A DNA stretch of 64,000 nt from an uncultured Gemmatimonadales bacterium (GTDB lineage: Bacteria > Gemmatimonadota > Gemmatimonadetes > Gemmatimonadales > GWC2-71-9): positions 64,001 to 128,000 of the forward strand of contig CAWJMT010000031.1 of the NCBI GenBank assembly GCA_963844035.1, written 5' to 3'. Made by a program: the position numbers and the translations under genes. The stretch's first letter is position 1. The number at the start of each line of letters is the position of its first letter. Shown here piece after piece: positions 9,855 through 19,510 of this stretch. The notes under the pieces were generated by a model, which was not told the DNA's origin, did no database searches, and worked only from the letters and a program-made list of their open reading frames with translations.

Positions 9855-11090
9855 ATGCAACGGCGGGAGTTTGTGACGGCGGCAGGAGCGGCGCTGGTGT
9901 CTGGGCGGGAAGGCGGGAAGGCGGGAAGGCGGGTGAATGATCCCGGCCTCCCGCCTTCCCGCCTTCCCGCCGTTCTTCCTCAAGAGCCCACGCTCGGCCC
10001 GGCGATATTCGCTCAACGCATCGCGCGCGCGCAGGCCGAGCTCACGACGCGCAAGTGGGACATGCTCATCGTCGTGCCCAGTGCCAACTATCGCTACTTC
10101 ACCGGTGACCACCCGGGTACGAGCGAGCGCCTGATCGCGCTGATCGTGCCGGCGGCGGGCGATCCCGCCATCGTGTGCCCGGCATTCGAAGTGGACCGCA
10201 TCAAGGCGCATGCGGGCATTCGCGACATCCGCGGCTGGGAGGAGCACGACAACCCGTACGACCTGGTGAAAAAAGTCCTCCGGGCCCGGAAGCCGCGCGG
10301 CACCGGGACGATCGCCCTCGAGGCATCCACCGCGTTCAGCACATTCGTCGGATTGAAGGATGCGCTCGACGGCTGGAAGTTCGAGGACGCGACGGGCGTG
10401 ACGACGCGGCTGCGGCTGATCAAGACTCCGGAGGAAATCGCCTTGATCCGGCGCGCCATCGCCATCACCGAAGAGGCGCTGGCGGCCACGTTCGCACAGC
10501 TCGCGGTCGGGATGAGCGAGCAAGACACGGCGCGGTTGCTTGCGAATGAGATGGAAAAGCGCGGCGCCGAGGGCGACGGCCTGGTGCAGTTCGGCGCGTC
10601 GAGCGCCTTGCCCCATGGCGGACCGGCCGGCGCCACCCTCGAGCGGGAGTCGCCCGTCCTCATCGACTGCGGCTGCCGGGTGGCGGGCTACACCTCCGAC
10701 ATCACCCGCACGATCTGGTTCGGGGAGCACCCCACCCTCGAGTTCACGAAGGTCTACAACCTGGTCCACGACGCCCAGACCGCCGCGATCCAGCTTGGGA
10801 AGCCGCTGTTTACACCCTGCCAGGAGATGGACCGGGCCGCACGCCGGGTGATCACGGAAGGCGGGTTCGGGCCCCAGTTCACCCACCGTCTGGGCCACGG
10901 CATCGGCCTCGACATCCACGAGCCGCCGTATCTGGTCGAAGGAAACGAAACCCGCCTCGAGCCCGGGATGGTGTTCACCGTGGAACCCGGGATCTATCAG
11001 GCGGGGAAGTTCGGTGTGAGGATCGAGGACGACTGCGTGATGACCGAGAGCGGCGTGGTGGTGCTCAGTCAGCGACCGGCGAAGCTCTAA
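9855..11090 (+). CDS. Xaa-Pro peptidase (M24) with twin-arginine signal
   Basis: MQRREFV Tat motif; metal-binding motifs DCG, SDITRT, HRLGHGIGLDIHE, TVEPG and GVRIED; GGAGG RBS upstream. Confidence 0.92.
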   Translation: MQRREFVTAAGAALVSGREGGKAGRRVNDPGLPPSRLPAVLPQEPTLGPAIFAQRIARAQAELTTRKWDMLIVVPSANYRYFTGDHPGTSERLIALIVPAAGDPAIVCPAFEVDRIKAHAGIRDIRGWEEHDNPYDLVKKVLRARKPRGTGTIALEASTAFSTFVGLKDALDGWKFEDATGVTTRLRLIKTPEEIALIRRAIAITEEALAATFAQLAVGMSEQDTARLLANEMEKRGAEGDGLVQFGASSALPHGGPAGATLERESPVLIDCGCRVAGYTSDITRTIWFGEHPTLEFTKVYNLVHDAQTAAIQLGKPLFTPCQEMDRAARRVITEGGFGPQFTHRLGHGIGLDIHEPPYLVEGNETRLEPGMVFTVEPGIYQAGKFGVRIEDDCVMTESGVVVLSQRPAKL

Positions 11091-11099
11091 CCTGGAAGA

Positions 11100-12287
11100 T
11101 CAGTCCCTGAGTTTCTTCGCAAACTCCACGATCTTGCCAAGCGCCCGTTCAACGTCGTTTGTCGCTGCGGCATAGGACATCCGCACGTAGCGATCGTCTC
11201 CAAAAGCGGCGCCCGGAACCATCGCTACACCGGTGGTGGTAATGAGCCGCGTACAGAACTCCGTCCCGCTGATGCCCCCGAACGAGTCCACTCGAAAGAA
11301 GAAGTAGAAGGCGCCCAACGGATCGACGAACTCCACGCCGGGGAGGTCACGTCGGAAGCGCCCGACGACGATATCGCGGCGCTTGCGGAATTCGGCGACC
11401 ATCCGTAACACGTCTTGCTCCACCCGCTCGTCGGCGAGCGCGGCCGCGGCGGCGTATTGCGCCGGATGATTGGCACCGGTCGTCGTGTGCGACTGCAGCG
11501 CCGCCATCGTCTTGGCCACCTTCGACGGGGCGAGCGCCAGCCCGATGCGCCATCCCGTCATCGCGTACGCCTTGCTCACGCCGTAAATCACGATCACGCG
11601 CTCGAGCATCTCGTCGGGCAGATCCAGGAACGACGGCGCCGGGCCGGGGCCGTAATGGATCCGCCGATAGATCTCGTCGGCGATCACCCAGACCTTCTTC
11701 TCCATGGCCCACTGCGCGATCGCCTTGATCTCGCCGTGCGTGTAGACGCCGCCGGTCGGGTTGCAGGGAGAGCACAGGATCAGTCCCTGCGTGCCGGGCA
11801 CCACCCGATCGAGGTCGCGCACGCCGACCTTGAGACTCCACTCCGGGTCCCCCGGCACGAGCACGGGACGGGCGCGCGCGAGGTGGACGATCTGCGGATA
11901 CGACACCCAGGCCGGCGCCGGAATCGCCACGACGTCGCTCGGGCCGAACAGGGTGAAGCAGACGTTGAAGAGCGACTGCTTGGAGCCGTTCGAGACGACG
12001 ATGTTGTCGGCGTTGACGGGGCGGCCGCCCGAGAGCACGGAGAGATGCTTGGCGGCTGCGGCACGCAGCTCGAGGATCCCCTCGTTCGCGGGATAGTGCG
12101 TCTTGCCGTCGCGGATCGCCCGCATCCCCGCCTCGGTGGGAATCGACGGCGTGGGAAAGTCGGGCTCGCCCGCGCCCAGGTCGATCACGTCCTCCCCGGC
12201 GGCGCGCCGCCGCTTGGCTTCCTGGGAGATCGCGATCGTTGCCGAGGTTTCGAGGTGCTGCAGGTTGGGTGAGAACCCTTGGCTCAT
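11100..12287 (-). CDS. PLP-dependent class I/II (aspartate-type) aminotransferase
   Basis: GEPDF, SPCNPTG, DEIY and SKAYAMTGWRIG (PLP lysine) motifs. Confidence 0.93.
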   Translation of the reverse strand: MSQGFSPNLQHLETSATIAISQEAKRRRAAGEDVIDLGAGEPDFPTPSIPTEAGMRAIRDGKTHYPANEGILELRAAAAKHLSVLSGGRPVNADNIVVSNGSKQSLFNVCFTLFGPSDVVAIPAPAWVSYPQIVHLARARPVLVPGDPEWSLKVGVRDLDRVVPGTQGLILCSPCNPTGGVYTHGEIKAIAQWAMEKKVWVIADEIYRRIHYGPGPAPSFLDLPDEMLERVIVIYGVSKAYAMTGWRIGLALAPSKVAKTMAALQSHTTTGANHPAQYAAAAALADERVEQDVLRMVAEFRKRRDIVVGRFRRDLPGVEFVDPLGAFYFFFRVDSFGGISGTEFCTRLITTTGVAMVPGAAFGDDRYVRMSYAAATNDVERALGKIVEFAKKLRD

Positions 12288-12316
12288 GCGTCAATATCCC
12301 CACGCGCAATGTGTGC

Positions 12317-12340
12317 GGGCAAGGCATGCCTTGCCCCTAC
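12317..12340 (-). repeat. GTAG-type REP-like palindrome
   Basis: Perfect 20-bp palindrome GGGCAAGGCATGCCTTGCCC (12317-12336) followed by CTAC (GTAG on the minus strand), in a divergent intergenic region. Confidence 0.65.
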
Positions 12341-12400
12341 CCCGCCCGGACGCTAGCATCCCGCCAGCACAAGAACCGCCCTTTGACAATCGAGGATCGT

Positions 12401-13691
12401 GTGACGACGGTAGATGAGGCCCGGGCCGCGCTCGAGCGCGGCCGCCCGGTGGTATTGGTGACGCCCCCCGCGCCGGATCAGGCGGGAGCACTCTGGGACC
12501 TGGTGGGCGCGCCGGGGGAAACCCCCAAGGGAAGTCCCGCGCTGGTCATCGTGTGCGCTGGCGAGGGTTTGCCCGCCGAGTGGGCCGCCGCGGCACCCAG
12601 CGACCGTCGGCTCCACGCCGTCACCGGCCTGCGCCGCAGTGAGCGCTGTCTCCGCGACCTCCCCATCGGCGCGCTCGCCGGCACCGTCGCCGATCTCTCG
12701 GCGCTGCTCTCCCGTTCCGCGCTCAAACTCGACACCGTTTCGACCATCGTGGTCGCCTGGCCCGAGCTGCTCATCACCACCGAGCAGGCGGGCGCGCTCG
12801 ACACGCTCCTGAGCGCCGCCACGAACGCCCGGCGTGTGGTGCTGAGCTGGAATCCCGGCATGCTCAGCGACTTCCTGGAGCGGCACGCCCGCCGCGCCGA
12901 GGTGGTGGGAGGGGCGCCGACGTACGACGGCGCGCCCCTGTCGCCCATCGGACCGGCGCGCTACGTGGTCGCGTCCCGTTCCCGCCACGCCGCGTTGCTC
13001 CAGGACGCACTCGATCTGCTCGATCCGAAGCACCCCTTTCGTCTGGGACGGAGGTCCCTGCGATGCGGGCGATGCTCCCGACGCCGTGTTCTGCCTCCGG
13101 CTGCCCACCCGCGAGCAATTCGCGCTCTTGTCGCAGCGGGGCGAGCCGATCGTGTTCCTGGACGCCTCCCAGCTCCCATACCTCCGTTCGATTGCGGCGC
13201 CGCTCACGCCGGCGCGGCTGCCGTCCGCGGCCGATCGGGCCCAGGACCGCGCGCAGGCTATGCGCACGCGGATCGCACAGCTGCTCGAGACGCGGCAGCC
13301 CGACGGCGAGCTCGCGGTGCTGGCGCCGCTGTTCGAGCGTTTCGATCCCGCCGAGGTCGCGGCGGCTCTCCTCGCGATACTGGGGGACGAGGGACGGGGG
13401 AAGGGGGAAGAGGGCGTTCCCGCCGCCGCACCAGCCACCGGTGGCTCAGTGCGGGTGTTCGTCAACGTCGGCACGAAGGACCGCGCCAGCGCCAAGGACC
13501 TGGTCGGCGCGCTCATCAAGGAAGTAAAGATCGGCAAAGGAGAGATCGGCCACATCGACGTGCGGGAGACGTTCAGCGTCGTCGAGGTCGCCGCGGGGGT
13601 GGCGGAGCGCGTGGTGCGGGACCTGTCGGGCGTGACCATCCGCGGGCGCCGCGCGATGGCGCGTCTGGATCGCTACAACTCGCCCGCGTGA
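12401..13691 (+). CDS. Degenerate DEAD-box-like protein with C-terminal DbpA RNA-binding domain (frameshift near 13040)
   Basis: The C-terminus VRVFVNVGTKDRASAKDLVGALIKE..IGHIDVRETFSVVEV..IRGR is DbpA-like. The N-terminal region echoes a helicase domain 1 layout but lacks GKT, DEAD and HRIGR. Confidence 0.7.
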
Positions 13692-13710
13692 TTCGAGTCC
13701 CCAAACACTG

Positions 13711-13736
13711 ACGGGCCGCCCAGCGGGGCGGCCCGT
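13711..13736. terminator. Hairpin between convergent genes (probable terminator)
   Basis: ACGGGCCGCCC-AGCG-GGGCGGCCCGT, a perfect 11-bp stem. Confidence 0.65.
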
Positions 13737-13770
13737 AATCAGCGCAACCGACGTCTGATGTCTGACGTCT

Positions 13771-14061
13771 CTACTTCTTGTTGTTCACCGCCATCTTGAG
13801 CTGCTTGCCCGCACGAAATGCCGGAGCGATGGACGCCTTGATCTGAATCGCGCCACCGGTCTTGGGATTCCGTCCCATGCGAGCGGCGCGCTTGCGGGCC
13901 TCAAAGTTTCCGAATCCGGTGATCTGCACCTTCGCACCCTTCTTCAACTCGACAGCAATGATGCCCTTGTCATCGAATAGGGCTTCGATTGTCCGACTCG
14001 CGTCGGCCTTGGACATCTTGGTCCGCATCGCCAGCGCCGAGGTCAGCTCAGCTTTGTTCAC
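13771..14061 (-). CDS. hup: DNA-binding protein HU
   Basis: MNKAEL...VQITGFGNF..RAARMGRNPKTG..I.I.A...PAFRAGK. Confidence 0.95.
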   Translation of the reverse strand: MNKAELTSALAMRTKMSKADASRTIEALFDDKGIIAVELKKGAKVQITGFGNFEARKRAARMGRNPKTGGAIQIKASIAPAFRAGKQLKMAVNNKK

Positions 14062-14201
14062 AGAAGGTCTCCTTGATGAGAGTGGGGCGAGAAACCGCAG
14101 GCCCCACGGCCACTATCTGATGGGTACAGCGGAAAAGCCTCATAACTTGGGCACAATATGGGGATATCCCCCGAGAATCCGCAAGATACGGGCACTCTTG
14201 G

Positions 14202-14271
14202 GGGTCAGGTGTCGGGTGTCAGGTGTCAGGTGTCAGGAAGGCAACCCTAGCACCTGACACCTGACACCTGA
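14202..14271. repeat. Inverted heptamer tandem repeat element (TGTCAGG)n / (CCTGACA)n
   Basis: About 5 TGTCAGG units, a spacer ending in CCTAGCA, then about 3 CCTGACA units. Confidence 0.9.
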
Positions 14272-14286
14272 GCACCTTGTCCCCCC

Positions 14287-15279
14287 ATGCTCAACGTCGC
14301 CCTGACCGGAAACATCGCCGCCGGCAAGTCCACCGTGGTCGGGTTCTTTCGCCGCTGGGGCGCAACGATCATCGACGCCGACCAGCTGGCGCGGGAGGCG
14401 CAGGCGCCGGGCACCGAGGTCCTGGCGGCGATCGTTCGGCGCTTCAGCCAGGGTGTGCTGGCGAGCGACGGCTCGCTCGACCGCGCCGCCCTGCGTTCCA
14501 AGGTGATGGGGGATGAGGCGGCCCTGAGCGACCTGAACGCGATCGTCCATCCGGCGGTGCAGCGGCGGCGCGAGGAGCTGCAGCAGGACGCCGCACGGCG
14601 CGGCGACTTGCTGGTCGTGAACGACATTCCACTCTTGTTCGAAGTCCTCGACCCCACCGAGTTCGACGTGGTCATTCTGGTGGATGCGCCCGTCGCGGTG
14701 CGCCGCACCCGCCTGCGCAACATGCGGGGGCTCTCCCATGAGGATGCCGACCGGATGATCGCCGCCCAGATGCCCGCGGCCCGCAAGCGGCCGCTCAGCC
14801 AGTTCGTGATCGAAGACGCGGGCACGCTTCCGGAGCTCGAGGCGCAGGCCCGCACCGTCCTGCGGGAGCTGCGGCGCCGCGCCGCTACGGAGGCTCTGGG
14901 ACGGCCCGCGCAGACCCTGCTCCTGGTCGCGGCCGACGGCAAGGAGAAACCCCCGGCGTTCGCGGAAATCGGGGCACGCTACGTGGAAGCGGGACTCACG
15001 GTGGAACGGGCCGCCGCCAAGGACGCAGCCGCGCTGACGGCCCGCCTGCGTCCCGACGCCATCGTCGCGACGTCAGGGGCAGCGGCGGCAGCGCGCGCGG
15101 CGTGGGAAGGGATCGGGCGGCCGGGAGCGCTGCTCTACCTGAGCGAGGACCCCGACCCGGTGGCCGTGCGGTTGGATCTGCGCCTGTGGGGCGGCGAGCG
15201 CGTCACGCTCGTCGAAGAGGGTGCCGCCGGTCTGGCGCCGCGGTCCGACCTGTTCCCGGCACCCGACGGATCGGCTTGA
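14287..15279 (+). CDS. coaE: Dephospho-CoA kinase with ~130-aa C-terminal extension
   Basis: ALTGNIAAGKSTV, IIDAD, LNAIVHP, DIPLLFE and RMIAAQMP motifs. Confidence 0.9.
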   Translation: MLNVALTGNIAAGKSTVVGFFRRWGATIIDADQLAREAQAPGTEVLAAIVRRFSQGVLASDGSLDRAALRSKVMGDEAALSDLNAIVHPAVQRRREELQQDAARRGDLLVVNDIPLLFEVLDPTEFDVVILVDAPVAVRRTRLRNMRGLSHEDADRMIAAQMPAARKRPLSQFVIEDAGTLPELEAQARTVLRELRRRAATEALGRPAQTLLLVAADGKEKPPAFAEIGARYVEAGLTVERAAAKDAAALTARLRPDAIVATSGAAAAARAAWEGIGRPGALLYLSEDPDPVAVRLDLRLWGGERVTLVEEGAAGLAPRSDLFPAPDGSA

Positions 15280-15304
15280 CACCCATTCTTGGCCCCGGTA
15301 ACCT
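15276..15304 (+). promoter_or_regulatory. Sigma70-type promoter for gcvH-gcvP
   Basis: TTGACA (15276-81), 17-bp spacer, TAACCT (15299-304). Confidence 0.7.
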
Positions 15305-15350
15305 TCCGCGCTCACCGCACACCCCAGACGCGAGCCCTCGGCGACCCTGA

Positions 15351-15740
15351 ATGTCGAAGATTCCCGACGATCTCCGTTACACCGAGGACCACGAGTACGT
15401 CAAAACGTCCGCCGACGCGAACGTCGTGCACGTGGGGATCACCGACCACGCGCAGAGCGAGTTGGGCGACGTCGTGTACGTCGAGCTCCCCAAGGTCGGT
15501 GCCACCCTCGCCGGCGGCGAAGCGTTCGGAACCATCGAGGCGGTGAAGGCGGTTTCGGATTTGCTCACGCCGGTCGCCGGAACCGTCACGGCGGTCAACG
15601 ATGCGATCGCGGGCGACCCCGCGGTGGTGAATCGCGATCCGTACGGCGCTGGCTGGATGATCAAGCTCCGGGTCAAAGATCCGGCGGAGCTCAAAACCCT
15701 GCTCGGCAGCGCGGAGTACAAGAAGCACGTTGGAGAGTAG
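15351..15740 (+). CDS. gcvH: Glycine cleavage system H protein
   Basis: YTEDHEY, GITDHAQSELGDVVYVELP, lipoyl-Lys motif IEAVKAVSD, NRDPYGAGW. Confidence 0.96.
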   Translation: MSKIPDDLRYTEDHEYVKTSADANVVHVGITDHAQSELGDVVYVELPKVGATLAGGEAFGTIEAVKAVSDLLTPVAGTVTAVNDAIAGDPAVVNRDPYGAGWMIKLRVKDPAELKTLLGSAEYKKHVGE

Positions 15741-15775
15741 GTCCCTCCTGATGCCTCGCCACGAGGTCTAGTCGT

Positions 15776-18676
15776 ATGCCCACAGCACACGCATCCCTGC
15801 TGGCTGCTGATTCGTTCGAGCTCCGTCACCTAGGGCCCCGTCCCAGCGACGTGGACGAGATGGTCCGCACGCTCGGCCATAACACGCTCGACGAGTTCAT
15901 CGCGGCGGTGGTGCCGGAGGACATCCGGCTGAAGCAGCCGCTTGCCCTGCCCCCGGGCCGGGGTGAGGGCGAGGTGCTCCAGGCGCTGCGCGGGATGGCG
16001 TCGCAGAACAAGGTGTTCCGGTCGTTCATCGGGATGGGCTATTACCCCTGCTTCACGCCGCAGGTGATCCAGCGCAACGTGATGGAAAACGCCGGCTGGT
16101 ACACGGCCTATACGCCGTACCAGGCAGAGATCGCGCAGGGGCGGCTCGAGGCGTTGCTCAACTACCAGACGATGGTGTCCGACCTGACGGGCCTGGAAAT
16201 CGCCAACGCCTCGCTGCTCGATGAGTCCACGGCGGCTGCCGAGGCGATGCATCTCACCGAAGCGGCGACCAAGCACGACGGGGATCTTGTGTACCTCGTG
16301 TCCGCAGGATGCCACCCCCAGACGATCGCTGTGGTGCGCACCCGCGCCGAGGTGCGCGGGATCAAGGTGGTGGTCGCCGACCCGGCGACGTTCACGTTCG
16401 GTCCCGGTGTGATGGGCGCGCTGTTGCAGTATCCCGCGACCGACGGCAAGGTCTCGGACTACCGCAAGTTGTGCGAGGCGGCGCACGCGGCAGGCGCGCT
16501 CGTGGCAGTCGCCACCGACCTGCTGGCGCTCACGCTGCTCATGCCTCCCGGAGAATGGGGAGCCGACATCGCGGTGGGGTCGAGCCAGCGGTTCGGCGTA
16601 CAGATGGAATACGGCGGCCCGCACGCGGCGTTCTTCGCCACGCGGGACGCGTACAAGCGCCACCTCCCCGGCCGCATCATCGGCGTGTCGAAAGATCCGG
16701 AAGGGCGGCCGGCGCTCCGCATGGCGCTGCAGACGCGGGAGCAGCACATCCGCCGCGAGAAGGCGACGAGCAATGTCTGCACGGCGCAGGTGCTGCTGGC
16801 GGTGATGGCGAGCATGTACGCGGTGTACCACGGCCCGGAGGGGTTGCTGCGCATCGCGCAGCGCGTTCACACGCTGACGGTCCTGCTCGCCACGGCGCTG
16901 AAGCGCCTGGGCTACCGGATCGTGCACACGGCGTACTTCGATACGCTGTGCGTTGAAGTCGAGCGGTGGGCCTTGCCCCGGTTGCTCGACGCGGCGCGCG
17001 CGCGCGGCATCAACCTGCGTACCATCGACGCCACGCACCTCGGCATCGCCCTGGACGAGCCCACCACCCTGGGCGATCTGGCGGACCTCGTCACCGTGTT
17101 CTCGCTGAACGAGGTGCTGCCGTTCATGGTGGAGGACCTGGGCGCCAAGGCGAGCACGGCGATCCCCGAGGTGTTGCGGCGGACGTCGCCCTACCTGACG
17201 CATCCGGTGTTCCACAAGCACCGCTCGGAAACGCAGATGCTGCGCTACATCGAGCAGCTGGAAGCCCGGGACCTCTCGCTCACGGTCGCGATGATCCCGC
17301 TCGGCTCCTGCACCATGAAGCTCAACGCCACGTTCGAGATGGCGCCGGTCTCGTGGCGCGAGTGGAACCAGCTGCATCCGTTCGCGCCCCGCGAGCAGGC
17401 GCAGGGCTACCAGATGCTGTTCCACCAGCTCGAGGACCAGCTCTCCGAGATCACCGGGTTCCCCAAGGTGTCGCTGCAGCCCAACTCGGGCGCCCAGGGA
17501 GAGTTCGCCGGGCTGCTGGTGCTGCGCGCCTACCACGCGTCGCGCGGCGAGGCGCATCGCAACACCTGCCTGATCCCCGTGTCGGCCCACGGCACCAACC
17601 CCGCGAGCGCCGTGATGGCGGGGCTCAAGGTGGTGCCGGTGCAATCGGACGAGCACGGCAACATCGACGTCGCCGATTTGCGCGCCAAGGCCGCGAAGCA
17701 CCGCGACACGCTGGCGGCGCTGATGGTGACCTATCCGTCCACCCACGGGGTGTTCGAGTCCACGATCCGGGACATTTGCGCCATCGTGCATTCACACGGC
17801 GGCCAGGTGTACATGGACGGCGCCAACATGAATGCGCAGGTGGGACTGTGCCGCCCCGCTGACTTCGGCGCCGACGTCTGCCATCTGAACCTGCACAAGA
17901 CGTTCTGTATCCCGCACGGCGGCGGGGGCCCGGGGATGGGGCCGATCTGCGTGGCCGAGCATCTCGGGCCGTTCCTGCCCGACCACCCGGTCGTGCCGCT
18001 GGGGCATGCGCAGTCGTGCGGCACGGTGTCCGCCGCCCCGTGGGGCAGCGCCGCGATCCTGCCGATCTCCTGGGCCTACATCGCCGCGATGGGACGCGGC
18101 GGGCTGGCGCAGGCGACCAAGGTCGCGATTCTCAACGCCAACTACATCGCGCGCCGGCTCGCCGGTCATTACAACCTGCTCTACTCCGGCCAGCACGGGT
18201 TCGTGGCGCACGAGTGCATCATCGACACGCGTCCGTTCAAGCAATCGGCCGGCGTGGAGGTAGAGGACATCGCGAAACGCATCATCGACTACGGCTTCCA
18301 CCCGCCGACCGTGTCGTTCCCGGAGGCCGGAACCCTGATGATCGAGCCGACCGAGAGCGAGTCGCGGGAAGAGCTCGACCGGTTCTGCGACGCCATGATC
18401 GCGATCCGCGAGGAGATCCGCGAAATCGAAGAAGGACGGATGCCGCGCGGCAACAACGTCCTCACTCACGCGCCGCACACCCTCGAAGACCTGGTCAGGG
18501 ACCAGTGGGACCGGCCCTACTCGCGGGAGCGAGCCGGCTTCCCGGCACCTCACAATCGCCGCCACAAGGTGTGGCCGGCGGTCGGCCGCGTGGACGCCGC
18601 GTCGGGCGACCGGAATCTCGTGTGTGTGTGTCCGCCGATGGAGACGTATACGGAAGAAGCGGCGGTAGGAGACTAG
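15776..18676 (+). CDS. gcvP: Glycine dehydrogenase (decarboxylating), single-chain P protein
   Basis: [49 protein letters not shown] and HLNLHKTF (PLP lysine). Confidence 0.97.
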   Translation: MPTAHASLLAADSFELRHLGPRPSDVDEMVRTLGHNTLDEFIAAVVPEDIRLKQPLALPPGRGEGEVLQALRGMASQNKVFRSFIGMGYYPCFTPQVIQRNVMENAGWYTAYTPYQAEIAQGRLEALLNYQTMVSDLTGLEIANASLLDESTAAAEAMHLTEAATKHDGDLVYLVSAGCHPQTIAVVRTRAEVRGIKVVVADPATFTFGPGVMGALLQYPATDGKVSDYRKLCEAAHAAGALVAVATDLLALTLLMPPGEWGADIAVGSSQRFGVQMEYGGPHAAFFATRDAYKRHLPGRIIGVSKDPEGRPALRMALQTREQHIRREKATSNVCTAQVLLAVMASMYAVYHGPEGLLRIAQRVHTLTVLLATALKRLGYRIVHTAYFDTLCVEVERWALPRLLDAARARGINLRTIDATHLGIALDEPTTLGDLADLVTVFSLNEVLPFMVEDLGAKASTAIPEVLRRTSPYLTHPVFHKHRSETQMLRYIEQLEARDLSLTVAMIPLGSCTMKLNATFEMAPVSWREWNQLHPFAPREQAQGYQMLFHQLEDQLSEITGFPKVSLQPNSGAQGEFAGLLVLRAYHASRGEAHRNTCLIPVSAHGTNPASAVMAGLKVVPVQSDEHGNIDVADLRAKAAKHRDTLAALMVTYPSTHGVFESTIRDICAIVHSHGGQVYMDGANMNAQVGLCRPADFGADVCHLNLHKTFCIPHGGGGPGMGPICVAEHLGPFLPDHPVVPLGHAQSCGTVSAAPWGSAAILPISWAYIAAMGRGGLAQATKVAILNANYIARRLAGHYNLLYSGQHGFVAHECIIDTRPFKQSAGVEVEDIAKRIIDYGFHPPTVSFPEAGTLMIEPTESESREELDRFCDAMIAIREEIREIEEGRMPRGNNVLTHAPHTLEDLVRDQWDRPYSRERAGFPAPHNRRHKVWPAVGRVDAASGDRNLVCVCPPMETYTEEAAVGD

Positions 18677-18709
18677 GCGGGCAGGCGGGCGGGCGGGAAG
18701 GCGGGAAGC

Positions 18710-19486
18710 ATGGCGCAGCAGGTTCTCACCGCAGCACAATGGCAAGTCGTCATCGACCCTGCCGGCCGTTCGGGCGCCGAGAACATGGCGATCGATCAAT
18801 CTCTGCTCGACGAGGCCGAGAGATCCGGCTCCGCCACGCTGCGCCTGTACCGCTGGGACCCGCCCTGCCTTTCCTTCGGTCGCAACGACGCCGCGACCGC
18901 CCTCTACGACCGCACCAAAATAGAAGAGCTCGGGATCGACGTAGTGCGGCGGCCCACCGGCGGCAGCGCCGTGTGGCACGAGCACGAAGTCACCTATGCC
19001 GTAGCGGCCCCGATTGATGCGTTCGGCTCGCTACGCGACGCCTACCTCGCGATTCACCGGCGGCTCGCCGCCGCGCTGCAATCCCTGGGCGCCGACGTCA
19101 CGCTCGCACCGAAGGCACGACCCGCCCTCCCGCCTACCCGCCCTCCCGCCTGCTTCGCCTCACCCGTCGGCGGCGAAATCCTGGTCCGCGGCCGCAAGCT
19201 GGTCGGCTCCGCGCAGGTCCGGCAACGCGGCGCGTTCCTGCAGCATGGGTCGATTCTGCTGGATGGATCGCAGGAAATGCTTAAAGCCGTCAGCCTTCAG
19301 ACGTCAGACGTCAGCGGCGCCGTAACGCTGTCTGAGGCGCTTGGCCGAGAGATCACGTTTCAAGAGGTCGCGGAGGCGGTCGTCGCGGCATTTTCCGACC
19401 GCCTGACCGCCGCCTCATCCGACCGCCGCTCCACGCGACCGCCGCATGGCCCCTTTCTCGACCCCTCCTGGACCTGGCGCCGCTAG
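18710..19486 (+). CDS. Lipoate-protein ligase/octanoyltransferase (LplA/LipM-like, catalytic domain only)
   Basis: NMAID, LRLYRW, VVRRPTGG, CF, KLVGSAQ and LQHGSI motifs; adjacent to gcvHP. Confidence 0.88.
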   Translation: MAQQVLTAAQWQVVIDPAGRSGAENMAIDQSLLDEAERSGSATLRLYRWDPPCLSFGRNDAATALYDRTKIEELGIDVVRRPTGGSAVWHEHEVTYAVAAPIDAFGSLRDAYLAIHRRLAAALQSLGADVTLAPKARPALPPTRPPACFASPVGGEILVRGRKLVGSAQVRQRGAFLQHGSILLDGSQEMLKAVSLQTSDVSGAVTLSEALGREITFQEVAEAVVAAFSDRLTAASSDRRSTRPPHGPFLDPSWTWRR

Positions 19487-19510
19487 AGCGGCGGCACAAT
19501 CTTAGGCGCC

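Noticed and set aside
14202..14271. Repeat arrays as CRISPR
   Set aside because: The units are 7-8 bp in direct tandem with no unique spacers, and there are no cas genes.
15830..17791. Long antisense ORFs (this one, 5491-7041, 22443-24215, 24912-26417 and others)
   Set aside because: These are typical high-GC shadow ORFs opposite well-supported genes and carry no recognisable motifs.
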